Shown in pieces: positions 24,197-38,574 of a stretch of 64,000 nucleotides of DNA (its first letter is position 1; the number at the start of each line of letters is the position of its first letter). The notes beneath the pieces were generated by a model. It did not search any database, had not been told where the DNA came from, and was given only the letters and a program-made list of their open reading frames with translations. Origin of the DNA: Octopus bimaculoides (lineage: Eukaryota); the NCBI RefSeq assembly GCF_001194135.2, contig NC_068990.1, positions 67,641,478 to 67,705,477 on the forward strand, given 5' to 3'. A program made the position numbers and the translations under genes.

Positions 24197-24535
24197 AGTA
24201 AAGACCCCCTTCAGTCATGAATGACCATGGGATTCACCTAGAAAGTTCCCCTCTGAGGCACAAGTCTGGGCAAGGTTGCTTATGAAAGACCAGCAGTCAC
24301 TCATGGATGTCAGTCTCCCCTCTCTATACTACTGATGTTATTCAACGGAAAGACAAAGGCTGATACAGCTTGGTACCAGTGATGATGCAACTCATTTCTA
24401 CAGCTGAGTGAACTGGAGCAACATGAAATAAAGTGTCTTGCTCAAAAACAAAACACATAGCCCAGTCTGGGAATTGAACTCACTACCTCACAATTGTGAG
24501 CCTAATGCTCTAATCACTGAGCTATGTACATTCAA
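24197..24535 (-). mobile_element. SINE with family C head, tail type IV
   Basis: caactcatttctacagctgagtgaactggagcaacatgaaataaagtgtcttgctcaa...gggaattgaactc...ctaatcactgagc, joined to a different tail (aagaccccc..cagtcatgaatgaccatggg). Confidence 0.8.
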
Positions 24536-25624
24536 CTTCTTTAACTATAGCAGGAAATATTACTGTATATAAAAGTCAGGTTAGGTAGAAGAAACCATCT
24601 GAATCAAAATTAGCATTTAGTAGTGAATATCAGGAACCAAATTAGCCTAATAGAAGCCCAATCTTGCATATAGGACTCGAGGTAATTTTTGGGTGGCAAT
24701 TTTTTGTTGGGGAAAAAGTGCATTTTATATGTCATCAAATACGGTTCTCACGCTGTTTGACCATCACTCACACTAGTAGTCTACCAAACCATTGGATTTG
24801 GCATAGAAATGTTTTATTGTTGATGTTAAATGTGGTTATGAATCTTAGCATTAGAAAAGTGATTTTCAGTGTAAGCACATCCTCAAAAAAGAAAGCAAAC
24901 CAATGAAAGAATATCTATATAATTGCTCAATCTGCTGGAAATAGCAGTCATATTTCCCTCAAATAACATAGCTTTATCTTAAAAAGGAACATATTAGATA
25001 ATGGGGTCATGAGTTTCCTACATATAGAAAATAGATTAGATTGTCACGACTGGAATGTCTTTGATCAGACATGTGCCCTATCAGGAGCTGATGTGGGGTT
25101 AAACAAAGAGAATGACATCATTACTATTTTACTGCAACCCACTCTCTAAAATCCTTCTGCTTTGTAAATCTTTACCTATCTCTGGGTCATATAGTTCTGG
25201 CCTGCTTTTAATTTTGAACTCTTAAAAAATTGACACAAACCTTTCTTTCATCTACCACATTCTTTTATCAAAGTATGATTCATAAAACTCATAGAAATCC
25301 TAAGGTAGAGACATTTATCTTCTTAAACAAAACATTTATAAGATCTGTAAAAATAATGATGTTCTTTCAGTTTAAAACGAGGACAGATCATGAAGAAATC
25401 AGTTAGATTGAATCTCAGCATATTACTGGCATCAGATATTTATTTTATTTGTCACATGGGATTAGTCATGTAGCTCCTCTACAGCAAGAAACCTGTCCTA
25501 CTGTTGCTCCTTCTCGCATAATTTAACCCATTATCTCCTAGAATAAAGCCACCTTCTCAAGATTTGTAGTCATGCAAACTGCATAGGAATCTCACAGATG
25601 CTGGTAACATAAAAAGAAAAGTAC

Positions 25625-25790
25625 TCGACACATTCTGTAGAATAGATGGCATTAGAAAAATGTAACCATCAATAGAAAGCATGTCAAAGCGTTGAAACAT
25701 GATATAGCCCTGAACTCTGTCGGATTCTGTCAAACCATCCAACTCATGCCAGTATGGAAGATAGACATTAAAAGATGATGATGATGATTT
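25625..25790 (+). mobile_element. RTE-type 3' end (family D)
   Basis: gtcaaaccatccaactcatgccagtatggaagatagacattaaaagatgatgatgatg. Confidence 0.75.
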
Positions 25791-26324
25791 TGAATTTCCT
25801 CTTTGCTAGGTTTTGTTTCCAAAATGAAAGTGTAACTACAAATTACTGAACAAAATGGAATGGGTGAAGGTGTGTGTGTTTTGGAATTGGAATGCAAAAA
25901 AAAAAAAAAAAAAAAGTTGGGAACTGCTGGTCAGAATAGTTTCTTAAGCTCATAAAGAGAATGAGCTACTTAAGATTAGATCAGGAAATAAAAATAAATT
26001 TTATTAGAAGTATTTTGTCAAATGTTTTCTTTTGAGGACACAGAGATAATGAAATAGTAAATGTAGGTATGAATATGGCAAACTATGAAATGGTGGGTAA
26101 CAGAAAGGAAATATGGACAGATGGAGAAAAATTGCTGTAGGAGTGGAGATGTAGAGCTATATCTTGGGAATGGTACAATATGGTAATTCTGATATGATAG
26201 TTAGATCAGGCATCATGGGGGGGAAAAATGATATAGGAGAGATGGAATTTGGTGACAGTATTTATTATTGCAATGAGATATTGGAATGTCTGATTCATAC
26301 TGTCACAAGACAAGAGATATTGAA

Positions 26325-26630
26325 TTGGTGGTGGTGATGGTTGTAGTGGTGGTGGGGATGGTGGTGGTGGTGATGTTGGCAGCGATGATGGTGGTGATGA
26401 TAGTGGTGGTGATGAGGGTGGTGGTGATGCTGGGGGAGATGGTAGTGGTGATGATGGTGGTGGTGGTGGTGGTGATGAGGATGATGGTTGAGATGATGAT
26501 GATGATAATAGTGAGCGATGGTGGTAGTAGTGAGGGTTGTGATGATGATGATGATGATGATGATGATTGTGGTGATGTTTAAGATGACGATCATTATGAT
26601 GACGACAGTGGGGATGATGGTGTTGATAAT
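26325..26630. repeat. (GGT)n/(GAT)n compound trinucleotide repeat
   Basis: Direct reading; it generates the poly-V/M and poly-H ORFs. Confidence 0.95.
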
Positions 26631-27009
26631 GACAGTTTTTCCCTTTCCATAATCAAACGTCATTTCTTCAAAACCATTTTAATTTATTTCACAACGTTAC
26701 GTCAAGCTTAATGTTGGCATGGTAGGTAAAAATGCAAGTGAGATGTCAAATGCGAAATATTTTAGAATATTTCAGTGTAATAGGTATTGAAACTAGAAAT
26801 ATATCTACCACACTTACAATGAAACATAATTTGAGAATGTTTTTTTTAGCTGTTTATTAATGTTTTTTATTGTTTTGTAAATCATTTTTGTAGAGACAAC
26901 AAAATATTTAAAATACTGTCACTTAATCTTCCTCCTAACTCTGTTTTAGAAAGAAGTTCATAATATATTGGTAATAAGCTTGAATCACCTACATGTGTGA
27001 GTGTGTGCA

Positions 27010-27044
<35 letters not shown>

Positions 27045-27117
27045 CGTCATACTAATATATACTTTTGTTATTTACACCACCTGTCCTCGTCTGTTGTTAT
27101 TATTTGTATATTCTCCC

Positions 27118-27154
<37 letters not shown>

Positions 27155-27789
27155 TATACATATATATATAAATACATATATATACATATATACATACATA
27201 CATATACATAAATACATACATATATATGACGATGATGATGATATATGCATATATGTATGTATATATGTATATACATGTATATATACATGTATATATGTAC
27301 ATACATATATATACATGTTTCTGTGTATATGCATATGTGTATGTGTACACATACATGCACACACACACACACACACACACATACATATTTTATATCTATA
27401 TAAAATGATGTTTTTTTGTGTGTATGAGAAGAGAATAAGAGCAGCTGTCAAGCAAAGAAGCAATGTAGAGAGATATGTAGATGTGGAGAAACACAAATGA
27501 GATACAAATATAGCTCGATTATAATTACATTTTTCACGAACATAAGTAATTTTAACATGGACATATTGATAGCAAAACACATTAAGCAACAGGAAGTATG
27601 TAGAGAATGAATATCTCTGCGAAACATTGTTTAAAACAGGTTCTAGTGTAAGAATAATTCGGAGGATACTTGTTGGGTAATGAAGAAATGCCAATGTTAA
27701 AGAATTCAGATTAGGTACCATTACTGTCATATGAGACACTTTGGCAAAACCATTTTGGCAGTACTTATTTGGTATTATTTTTTATTTTT

Positions 27790-28035
27790 TATCTTCTATT
27801 TGTTTCAGTCATTAGACTCAGGTGGCCATAGTGGGGTACTGCCTCGAGAAATTTTAGTTGAACTAATTGACCTCAGTGCTTATTTTCTTTATAAGCCTGA
27901 TACTTATTCTATTGGTCTCTTTTGCTGAACCAGTAAGTTATGGGAATGTAAACACACTAACACCAGTGGTCAATCAGTGGCAGGGGGGGGGGGAAACACA
28001 GACACAAAGGCACACACAAAAACAGATATATATAT

Positions 28036-28087
<52 letters not shown>

Positions 28088-28235
28088 GGTTTCTTTCAGT
28101 TTTTGTCTACCAAATCCACTCATAAGGCTTTGCTCAGTCTGGTGTTATAGTAGAAGACACTTGTCTAAGGTGCCACACAGTGGAAGTGAACCTGGAACCA
28201 TGTGGCTGGATAGCAAACATCTTACCAAACAGCCC
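27790..28235 (-). mobile_element. SINE family A, full length
   Basis: Reverse complement of the 31539-31950 type, with internal (TA)n. Confidence 0.85.
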
Positions 28236-28282
28236 AGGTATCTTAATGTTTCTCTCATCTGTCTGTGTCTGTCTTTCTGCCC

Positions 28283-28364
<82 letters not shown>

Positions 28365-28499
28365 TCTCTCTCTTTCTAAGTCTATTTTCAATTGATAAAT
28401 TGTAATATTTCTCTTTTTCTACCTCACTCTTTCTACCTGTATGCATATGTTTCTGCACACACATGTATGTGTCCATGCGCATGTGTGAGCTTTTCTTCA

Positions 28500-28770
28500 G
28501 CATTCAAAAATACTGTCACTGAAACAGGCTGAATGTCCACTCAACTGTGCCAAACCATCTGTGCTCAAACTGCAGCACCCTATTGTCTCATTCTGCCAAT
28601 ACTGAGAGTGAGATAGTCCGACATGAAGGACATGGAATTAAAGAGGGATGTGATGGTTTTTTAAGATACAATCAGCTTGCACATTCCGTAGAAAATATTT
28701 AAAAATTCAGTAACATAGATGATGTCTCACAAGAAGACGTTTATGAATAAAGACTGAGAGCAGAATGGTT
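28500..28770 (-). mobile_element. Possible highly decayed RTE-clade LINE remnant
   Basis: Minus translation includes SCETSS...IFSTECAS and HRWFGTVEW, loosely like the GCETW...F...CLR and LRWFGHVERM motifs. Confidence 0.3.
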
Positions 28771-28984
28771 GTTGCCACTGCAGATGACAGTGTAGATTTC
28801 TCTTTTAGAACCAACCCAGTAACAGTTTGGTTGCAAGCAATGATTCTAGTACTTCAGAGATTCCATATTTTTGACTGGCTTGGAATTATGCTGCTTGCTT
28901 TATTACTTGGTCTGTTGTTGAGTAAATATGCACAGTGGATTTTTAAGAATGGTTCCTCCAACTTTACAGACTTGTATTCTTTTT

Positions 28985-29372
28985 TTTTTCATTCTTTTAT
29001 TTGTTTCGGTCATTTGACTGCAGTCATGCTGGAGTACCGCTTTCGTTGAGCAAACCGACCCCAGGATTTACTCTTTGTAAGCCTAGTACTTATTCTATCA
29101 GTCTCATTTGCTGAACTGCTAAGTTATGGGGACGTAAACACACCAGCATCGGTTGTCAAGCAATGTTGGGGGGACTAACACAGACACACAAACATATACA
29201 TGCATATATATACGACAGGCTTCTTTCAGTTTCCATCTACCAAGTCCACTCTCAAGGCTTTGGTCAGCCCATGGCTATAGTAGATGACACTTGCCCAAGG
29301 TGCCACATAGTGAGACTGAACCCGGAACCATGTGGTTGGTAAGCAAGCTACTTACCGCACAACCACTCCTGC
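28985..29372 (-). mobile_element. SINE family A, full length, relatively young
   Basis: Retains several CpGs (gggacgtaaac, catcggttg, tacgacagg, cccggaacc). Confidence 0.9.
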
Positions 29373-29388
29373 GTCTACGTATGGTTAA

Positions 29389-29606
29389 CTCTAACATTCA
29401 GATTACTCTATCAAACATGATGCTTATTTATTCAAATCGTTTCGATTTAATCAAACACTATCTCATGGCTTTGAGATTTTGAAGATGTACTTGTATATTT
29501 TTAGAATGATATTTTAGGGTAGATGAAAAAGGCCAGATCTGGCTAGTTTGAACATAAAACATGGAAGATATTTGGGCTGGATATGGTGGGTTTAAATGCT
29601 TAAGAG
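29389..29606. mobile_element. piggyBac-type MITE (family P1)
   Basis: TTAA at 29385-29388 and 29607-29610; homologous to the inverted copy at 50081-50277, which begins ttaa|ccctttagc. Confidence 0.75.
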
Positions 29607-29719
29607 TTAATGTCTCTGTTTAGATAACTCAAAGATATCTTAATTTGTTCTGATTAGGACTCTAATGTAGCTTCACAAGGCAAAGGTTATATTGAATATA
29701 ATCTTGGTAAAAATCAACA

Positions 29720-29890
29720 TTTGGGGAGGGACTAGTTGAGTACATCAACCCCAGAACTCAATTTGTACTTTATTTTATCAACCTCAAAAGGATGAAAGGC
29801 AACAGTTGAGCTTAGCTGCATCTGAACTCAGAATGTAAAGAGCTGGAAACAATTTTGCTAAGCATTTTTTCCAATGTACTAATGCTTTTT
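29720..29890 (-). mobile_element. SINE family B
   Basis: Colinear with other B copies. Confidence 0.8.
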
Positions 29891-30531
29891 CTAGCTCACA
29901 GCCTTTACATGAAATATAAGTGTTAAAACTGAAACTTGGTGCCACACTAAATATTGACAACACCTTTACCGAAACATTCAACCATTTTGCTGTCTCCATT
30001 TCATATCACATAATAGCACATTCACAAACAAGTTTTCATTCACAGAAGAAAAATAAACAAATAAATAGATAAATGAATAACTATGGAAGAAAACTTGTTT
30101 TGAATTCAATATTTTTATACTTTTTTCTCTAATAATTCAAACTTTTCTTAAAATATTTTGATTGAATCCAAGAGTCGGATGAGAAAAAAATATAAAATAA
30201 AGTCAATATGACTGGGAGGAAAAAGTTAAAAAAAAAAAATGAAAAATGAAGAAATGGAAAGAAAAGGTATGATAAAACAAAAAAAAAAAAAATACAAAGA
30301 TGACCTGACAATAAAAAGAATAATTTTTTGATAGTTTCAGAGATATAATTTATCATGGAGAAAAATAGGTTGTAATTAGAGATTGAAATCACAACTCATA
30401 TAAGTTGAGAGACGTGTAATCTTTTTTCAGTAAGAATAGAACAATAGAAGTTTCAATTGCTGGTGTGTCTCTCTCTCAAAAATCATGATGATATGTATTA
30501 AATTTTCTATGAAACCATACATCTGTATATT

Positions 30532-30573
30532 NNNNNNNNNNNNNNNNNNNNNNNNNNNNNNNNNNNNNNNNNN
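30532..30573. other. Assembly gap (N)
   Basis: Run of N. Confidence 1.
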
Positions 30574-30612
<39 letters not shown>

Positions 30613-31472
30613 GTATGTATGTATGTATGCACACACACATACGCATATATTCAATATCATACTGAAACATAAAACTCTCAACTTGCATTACTTCTGATGT
30701 TGTAGGGCCATGTGTGTGTGTGTGTGTATGAACGCATGTATACATACATATAAACATACCAAATGCACATATGTACAGATACACATATAACATATATATA
30801 GCAAAATATATACATACTTATATAAAAATATGTATATATGCATGTGTACATGTATGTATAATTACACTTATGCATATATATGGCCTAGATATATATGTGT
30901 ATGTGTCTATGTGTTTCTCCAAACTCACATATATAATGTTCATATAACCATTGACCAATATTACATAACTAGCTTACTTCACTTACACACACATTCAAAT
31001 TTCAGATTTTATTTAGGCAACACTTTGTATTTTTCATTTAAAATATAGTCTAAAAAATATGAAGATATTGGAGTTGATATAATTGTAGAAGTTATATTTC
31101 TAACCTATCACAAACCAAAGAAATTTCAACTTATGTTCTTGAAAACTAAACTTTAAACTCATTTATTTGTAACTTTCATTGCATTTTCAAACTTCCTGCA
31201 TGCATGCACGAACTCTCAACCTTTGCACACACAAACACAAGCAAACACATTTTTGGTGCACACACATTCATGTATGCTAATATGTGCACTGACAACTTTT
31301 GTATTAAGCTCTCACTGAACTGAGTAACCCAGATTTTTATCCTTTAATTCTTTAAGAACATGACATACTTTACAAATTCCTCTCGAAAATTCATGACTAA
31401 CCACAATTTGTAAAAATTTGTCTGTGCATGAAGGTGAAGAACATTTGTAACAAAACTATCTAGCTATCTATT

Positions 31473-31537
<65 letters not shown>

Positions 31538-31538
31538 G

Positions 31539-31950
31539 GGTGCAGGAGTAGCTGTGTGGTAAATAACTTGCTTGCCAACCACATGGTTCCAGGTTCAGTC
31601 TCACTGCATGGTACCTTGGGTAAGTGTCTTGTCCTTTAGCCCCAGGCTGACCAAAGCCTTGTGAGTGGAATTGGTAGACGGAAACTGAAAGAAGTCTGTT
31701 GCATATATATATATATATACATGTATATATGTTTGTGTGTCTGTGTTTGTCTCCACACTATTGCTTGACAACCGATGCTGGTGTGTTTATGCCTTCATAA
31801 CTTAGCAACTCAGCAAAAGAGACCTATAGAATAAGTAATAGGCTTAGAAAGAATAAGTTCTGGGGTCAATTTATTCGACTAAAGACGGTGCTCCAGCATG
31901 GCCACAGTCAAATGACTGAAATGAATAAAAGAGTGAATGAGTAAAAGAGT
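31539..31950 (+). mobile_element. SINE family A, full-length reference copy
   Basis: gcaggagtagctgtgtggtaa (A box) ... ggttcagtctc (B-box-like) ... accttgggtaagtgtctt (CORE-like) ... (TA)n ... ggtgctccagcatggccacagtcaaatgactgaaa...taaaagag. It resembles the described octopus tRNA-derived OR-type/CORE SINEs (from memory). Confidence 0.9.
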
Positions 31951-31984
31951 ATACATATGTGTTTGTGTATGTGTATATGTGTGC

Positions 31985-32125
31985 GTAGGTGTGGTAAGAA
32001 GTTTGTTTCTTGATCACATGGTTCTAGATTCAATTCCATTGCATAGCATTTTAGGCAAGTGTCTTCTATTGTAGCCTCAGGCTGAACAAACCCTTATGAT
32101 GGATTTGGCTGATGGAAACCGAAAG
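31985..32125 (+). mobile_element. SINE family A, 5' half
   Basis: gtggtaagaagtttg...cacatggttc...ggcaagtgtcttctattgtagcctc. Confidence 0.8.
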
Positions 32126-32684
32126 TAATTCAATGTTTTTTTACTTCATTTCTGAAGAATTTCAGTCGTTTATTTCTGTGCCATGAAATGGCAAATAATT
32201 TGTTGAACATAAGACGTTGATAAACAGAATGAACTTAGTATATGCTTTTGCTATTGACAGTACATACACAGACACACTCATGAATATTTGAGCACATGTG
32301 TATGCAGGAATGTGTGTATGTATGTAAGTGTGAATATATGTATGCATACAATTTTCTATGTGTATGTAGGAGAGATTGAGAAATATATTTTTTAAGGCTT
32401 CCATATTCATACGTAACTATACAGATACTTACACATACATACACACACACACATATACATACATGCTCACAAACACACATACATTGATTTATTTCAGAGA
32501 AACAATAGAGGTGAGCACAATACATGTAGAAAAAATGGCATTTTTATTGAAACTGAAATTGAAAGTTTGTCTTGTGACTCAAGTTTTATACCACTGTGAT
32601 CTTCAGGTATGAACAGTTATTCCTTAGTACTGGTGGTGTATTTATATACATACACACAAACATGAATGCATATGTGAGTGTCTA

Positions 32685-32756
32685 TCTATCTCTCTATCTC
32701 TCTCTCTCTTTCTTTCTCTCTCTCTCTCTCTCTTTCTTTCTCTCTCTCTCTCTCTC

Positions 32757-32787
<31 letters not shown>

Positions 32788-32812
32788 GTCTGTCTCTCTC
32801 TCTCTCTCTGTC

Positions 32813-32865
<53 letters not shown>
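32685..32865. repeat. (CT)n microsatellite running into a gap
   Basis: Direct reading. Confidence 0.98.
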
Positions 32866-33364
32866 NNNNNNNNNNNNNNNNNNNNNNNNNNNNNNNNNNN
32901 NNNNNNNNNNNNNNNNNNNNNNNNNNNNNNNNNNNNNNNNNNNNNNNNNNNNNNNNNNNNNNNNNNNNNNNNNNNNNNNNNNNNNNNNNNNNNNNNNNNN
33001 NNNNNNNNNNNNNNNNNNNNNNNNNNNNNNNNNNNNNNNNNNNNNNNNNNNNNNNNNNNNNNNNNNNNNNNNNNNNNNNNNNNNNNNNNNNNNNNNNNNN
33101 NNNNNNNNNNNNNNNNNNNNNNNNNNNNNNNNNNNNNNNNNNNNNNNNNNNNNNNNNNNNNNNNNNNNNNNNNNNNNNNNNNNNNNNNNNNNNNNNNNNN
33201 NNNNNNNNNNNNNNNNNNNNNNNNNNNNNNNNNNNNNNNNNNNNNNNNNNNNNNNNNNNNNNNNNNNNNNNNNNNNNNNNNNNNNNNNNNNNNNNNNNNN
33301 NNNNNNNNNNNNNNNNNNNNNNNNNNNNNNNNNNNNNNNNNNNNNNNNNNNNNNNNNNNNNNNN
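32866..33364. other. Assembly gap (N)
   Basis: Run of N. Confidence 1.
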
Positions 33365-33395
<31 letters not shown>

Positions 33396-34934
33396 TTCAT
33401 TAAAAGTTTATATTCCCATGCCATCATGAGTTAAAGAGAGAGGTTCTTGAGGCAGGATTTTTATAACTAGACGCTCTTCCTATCACCAACATTTATTTGT
33501 TTTATAAGTAAAGGATGTTTTTAGTCCTCAGAAATTCAAAAACACAGTTATAACAAATAATCTGTTGATAACAATAGTCAACAAATTTCAATGTTGATAG
33601 AACAGTTACAGATGGTGACATCATGCTGATACACACAAATACAAATACATATACATATATACATACACGAAATTCATACACATACATTTATGTATACATG
33701 ATAGGCTTGTTTCAGTTTCTGTCAACCAAATCCACTCACAAACTTAGGTCAATTAAAGGCTCTAGAAAGGTGTTACGCAGTGGAACTGAACCTAAAACTC
33801 CGGTCACAAAGAGAATTTCTTAATCAAACAGCCATTCCTTTATCAGACATGGCTGTACAGTTAAAGTATATGTGTGCATGTGTGTGTACTTATAAATATC
33901 TACATGTATTCATATGTAAATGTACATGTCTCCGAGTATACCTGATTGTATCCATATGTTTGCATACTCAGGTAGATATATGTATATATGAAAGGAAATT
34001 TATCCTGTGTATGAAGACCAAAAATCCATATATATATATGTGTGTGTGTGTATGTATCTGTGTATGTATGTATGTATGCATGTATGTATTATATAGCCAA
34101 ACTTATGCAAGTGCATGCATACACATATGCATTCACACAGGGTGTACAATACCAGTTGATTAGCAAGTATGCAGATCAAAGCTAAATAGCACTATTGATC
34201 TTAGTTTTAACTGTCACATTTACATATTGGAAACATGGCCCACATAAATAGCATAAATCATATTAAAGTTTACAATTTAAAGGAATGAAAAAAAATTAAA
34301 TAAAACACACACAAATATATACAAACATTCATGTACACAAACTTATATGCTTCCATATACATAAGCACATGTGCAAACAAACACACACACATATATGCTC
34401 AGACATACATTTGTACTTACATGCATATGTACATATATTCATACATACATTTGTACATACATAAATACATATGTGAGCACACATACATACTCACACATAT
34501 ACAAACACACACAAGCATACTTCCATATATACATACATAAGAGCACAACTTATTTCTATCGATATATCATTGTGTACTATATATCATTCTTTAAAATACA
34601 ATACAGAAATAGAATTTGTTTCATCTTATCTCACATACTTCTCTCTTCTTTCTCTTGATCATACTTTCACATATATTCTGCTTATATTGCTGCATCCTTA
34701 CACAAGCAAAACAATGGAACTAGAGCTGGTTCTTCAAATAGTTTTCAAAGTTATTTTTCATAGATCTAAATATAATCTCTACAGGAACCCAAATTATGAT
34801 TTGAAAAAAGTCTATATATTTATGTGCACTCACACACATTCATATATATATATATATGCAGTGTGTGACAAACCACCACCACCAGCACTACCAAATTTCA
34901 TTATTCTTGATGAATTATAATATAGGTGTATAAT

Positions 34935-35125
34935 GCTAGAGTGCATGAATGAAGGAGTACAAATGAGCTGAGTGAGAGAATTTGATATAACAAGAATTAG
35001 GTGTGGTATGGTAAGAGAGAAGATTGAGCTTGCAGAGGTTGGAGATGTATATAGAAGATGTCAGTTTGGTAAAGAAGTGCCATGTGATTCAAATGGAAGG
35101 AACCGGAGGGAAAGGAAGAGTCAGA
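34935..35125 (+). mobile_element. Decayed RTE LINE fragment
   Basis: Translation ...LVKKCHVIQMEGTGGKG parallels CVKKC..L.VEGTCGRGRP of RTE ORF C-termini and of 61378-62080. Confidence 0.55.
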
Positions 35126-36744
35126 AGTGGTGAACAAGTTGAGCCTTGTGAAAGATGTAACAAAGGATGTAACAAAGGATCAGAAGAGGTGGTTAAGATG
35201 CTGTGCTGAATAAGATTCTGCACACACAAACACACAACTACTCCTACATATATAGATGGTTCTGATCATAATGATATTAGACATGAAAATGTTTGAATAG
35301 TTAACGAGAAAAAAAAATTTTATAAAAATTAATTATAAGCCAAAAGTTACACTTTCTTTACATTTTCAATACTTTTACTCCTTGTTTTTGAGATTCTTTT
35401 TTAGTTAAGTATTCAATGAGAAAATTGCAGATTAATTATGCTGACAATTATCGGTATTAATTTTTTTAAAGTTTTTTTACTGCTGTAAACTTTACTGCAT
35501 TTAGAATAGTGAAAGGACGGAATTTCAACTCATTTTTCATTCACTTTTATCTTATTTTAAAAGAAGTTTCCTGGAATAAAAGTTTGTCTTCCTGTTTTAG
35601 TCTTATTAACTAATGATATAATAGTATATTGAATAACTATGGATGCACATTATCCAAAATCACTAATTTCTTATCTAAATTTTTTGACCAAGTTTGAACA
35701 AATAATATTTGGCTACAACAGAAAATATACTTTGATTATTCAATTATCTGGTTCAGACCAAACTTACTTGCATCCATTTTCAACCAACAATGAACATATA
35801 ACAAAGTTTGATTAATCTTTCATATTTATGCAAAATGCAAATATTTGTTTTGACCCATTTTAAATGTATTATTCATACAAGAATGGATGAGATGTTTTAA
35901 TTAAAAAAAAAAAATGGATATTTATGTATTCTTGAATGATTGTTTTTCTTGCTAACTGTATTTCCATGAACAGAGAATGAAATCTGTCATCAGTCAAACA
36001 TAACAAAGTCAAGAAAATTAAGAGACATACCAAAGGTTACAACATAATGATATAATGGTGTTTAGTCAAGATTTTAAGATTTTAAGACATGACTATAATA
36101 AAGAACCTTAACTTCAACTCTACTGAATCTTTTTTTGCTGACAATAAATATTTGATTAATAGTAACAATATCACTACCACCTATAGACAAGCTTGTAAAA
36201 TCAAAAACACAGTGTGCATTCTTTAACAATGCCATGCTTCTTGAAATTTGGCAACACCACTCCTAGTATACCTATACACCCTTTCCTCTTCATGGCTCTT
36301 TTACTGTTCAGCTTTGTTCTTTTGTCTTTTTGTGTTTTATCTTATATACAGTACATGTACTTCTAACATTCATTGTTGCCTTTCTTTACTTGACTTAAAG
36401 CTGTTTTATGTCCCTCCATTTACCCTCTTCCAAAAAATCATAGCACACCTGAGCTCTGTATACAGTGAACTCATTACAATAACATCTTTACTATGTTTGT
36501 GTTTATACTATCATACTATATCTTCTCAATACTATTCAGTTAATATTTTAACAGAGAATACAAAACATTGGATAATTATTCTCATAAAATCGGTCATTCA
36601 GTCTCTGAACAAACCATATAAAACTAGATATAAAACAGTTTCCTTGCCATATGACAATAACAGCACTTGTTTAGGTCATGACTAAGCATGGCATAAACAA
36701 GTGTAACCTGGGTTTAAAATTCACACCTGTTGACAGATACTGGT

Positions 36745-37135
36745 ATGGCTGAGGTTTAGAAGCTTTCTTACCATCCAAGTGGTTTTGAGTTCAGTCTCAC
36801 TGCAGAGCACTTGGATAACTGTCTTCTGCTATAACCCCAGGCTAAACAATGCCTTGTGAGTGAACATGGTTGATGGAAACTGAAAGAAGCATATTGTGTG
36901 TGTGTGCATGTGTTTCCTTGTTTTGACGTCATGTGATAAGCAACCATCATTCATTTCCAATCTTCCATGATAGAATTATCTAGCTATGAAGAAATATTAC
37001 CTTGCTTGGAAATAAAAAAGAGTTGGTGATAGGAAAGGTATCTGACTGTAGAAAGTCTGCTTCGTTGAGCTCTGTTTGATCCATGCAAGCATGGAGAAAG
37101 AGACGTTAGAATGATGATAAAGGCATGATGACATG
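36745..37135 (+). mobile_element. Chimeric SINE: family A head, (GT)n, RTE-type tail
   Basis: A-type head to gaaactgaaagaagc, then tgttttgacgtcatgtgat...gaaatattaccttgcttggaaata...ccatgcaagcatggagaaagagacgttagaatgatga. Confidence 0.75.
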
Positions 37136-38369
37136 ATAATGATGACGACAATGATGATGATAATTTCAAAAATATACTTTTGCAAAAGACTAGTATTTAA
37201 AATCTGAAATTTCAGAAGCCAGTCTCAGTTTTAAATGCCAACCCCTCAGGATACAAGAAATTGGTGAGAAAACTCAAGCTAAGCCAAACTACTTCATACA
37301 GAATGTTATAGAAATAGCTTAATATATGAAAGAATTAAAATGTTTTAATATATTCAGAGTTATTTGATTACCATATGTATAGAATTGTACGTAATTTGTT
37401 CCATAAATCTTTGTCAGATTCACACCAGCAACTGTCCAACACATCATTTATTAGTAGCTCCATGATATCCCCCTGGCATGCCATGGAGAAGAGACTCAAT
37501 AAACTCAAAACCAGTTGTTATATTGTCAGTTGCACCACTTGCTGAAATATCATTCTCCAGTCAGACAAAATATACTCCAAGCATGAAAATGTTTTAGACA
37601 CAAGTCTTTAGAGGATATTAACATAGACACGCATAAGTGTATGTGTGTATACATACACACACACGCGCACACATATATATATGAATGTGTATGTATACAC
37701 ACACACACACACATATAAATACATGAGATTTTATTGGATTCTAAAAATCTTTAGAAATTATTACACCAGGTTAATATTTCTAAATTTGAGATAAAAAAGT
37801 TATGCATATATAAACAGGCACACACAAACACATGCATGTATATATGAATCTGTGCATATGTGTGCATGCATGTATATATTAGGTATGCATTAATGTAAGT
37901 ATGCATGCATGAATGCATATTTGTATGCATATTTGTACATATGCATGGGAATATATGAACTCGTGTCATTTTTGGGAGACTCATAAACTAAACAAATCAG
38001 TTCTCTAGGTTTGGCATATGAATGAAAATATTGTGTATGTGTGTATATATGTATATATACACATACACAAAAACACACACACATACACACATGTATATAT
38101 TTGATATATTATTCAGTACTCAGAGTTTCCTGGTAAGCCATAGCTACAAAGTTATCTGATTTCAAAGAGGTAATTAACTCACATGTCACAGTTCATCAGT
38201 TTTTGTATGAAGCCATTATAGAAAGAACATTAACTTAGATCTATACAGGGTAAATCATAGTAAGAAAATGAGGTTCTATTTTCAAGGGCTTCACTCAAAA
38301 GCTGATGAATGGTGGAACAAGTGTTAACTGCCAATTAGAAATCAGATAAATTCATACTTGCGATTTGCT

Positions 38370-38572
38370 GGGAAACTTTGGGTATTGTGAGTGTTTTTAC
38401 TGGTTTCAGCCAGAGGTTGGGGCCATGCTGGAACCCCATCTTTGTTTGTATAAAATATGAAATATATTGTAATGGCACCTGCAGAAGAGGGAAACCCAAG
38501 AAGACATGGGATGTGGTGGTAAGGGCCGATTTCAGAAAGTTGGGATTTACAGAGAAAATGACAATGAGTGTG
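38370..38572 (+). mobile_element. RTE LINE ORF C-terminal fragment
   Basis: ORF 38378-38611 contains GTCRRGKPKKTWDVVVRADFRKLGFTEKMT. Confidence 0.75.
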
Positions 38573-38574
38573 TA

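Noticed and set aside
26286-26663. His-rich or Val/Met-rich protein ORFs
   Set aside because: Translation of a (GGT/GAT)n microsatellite.
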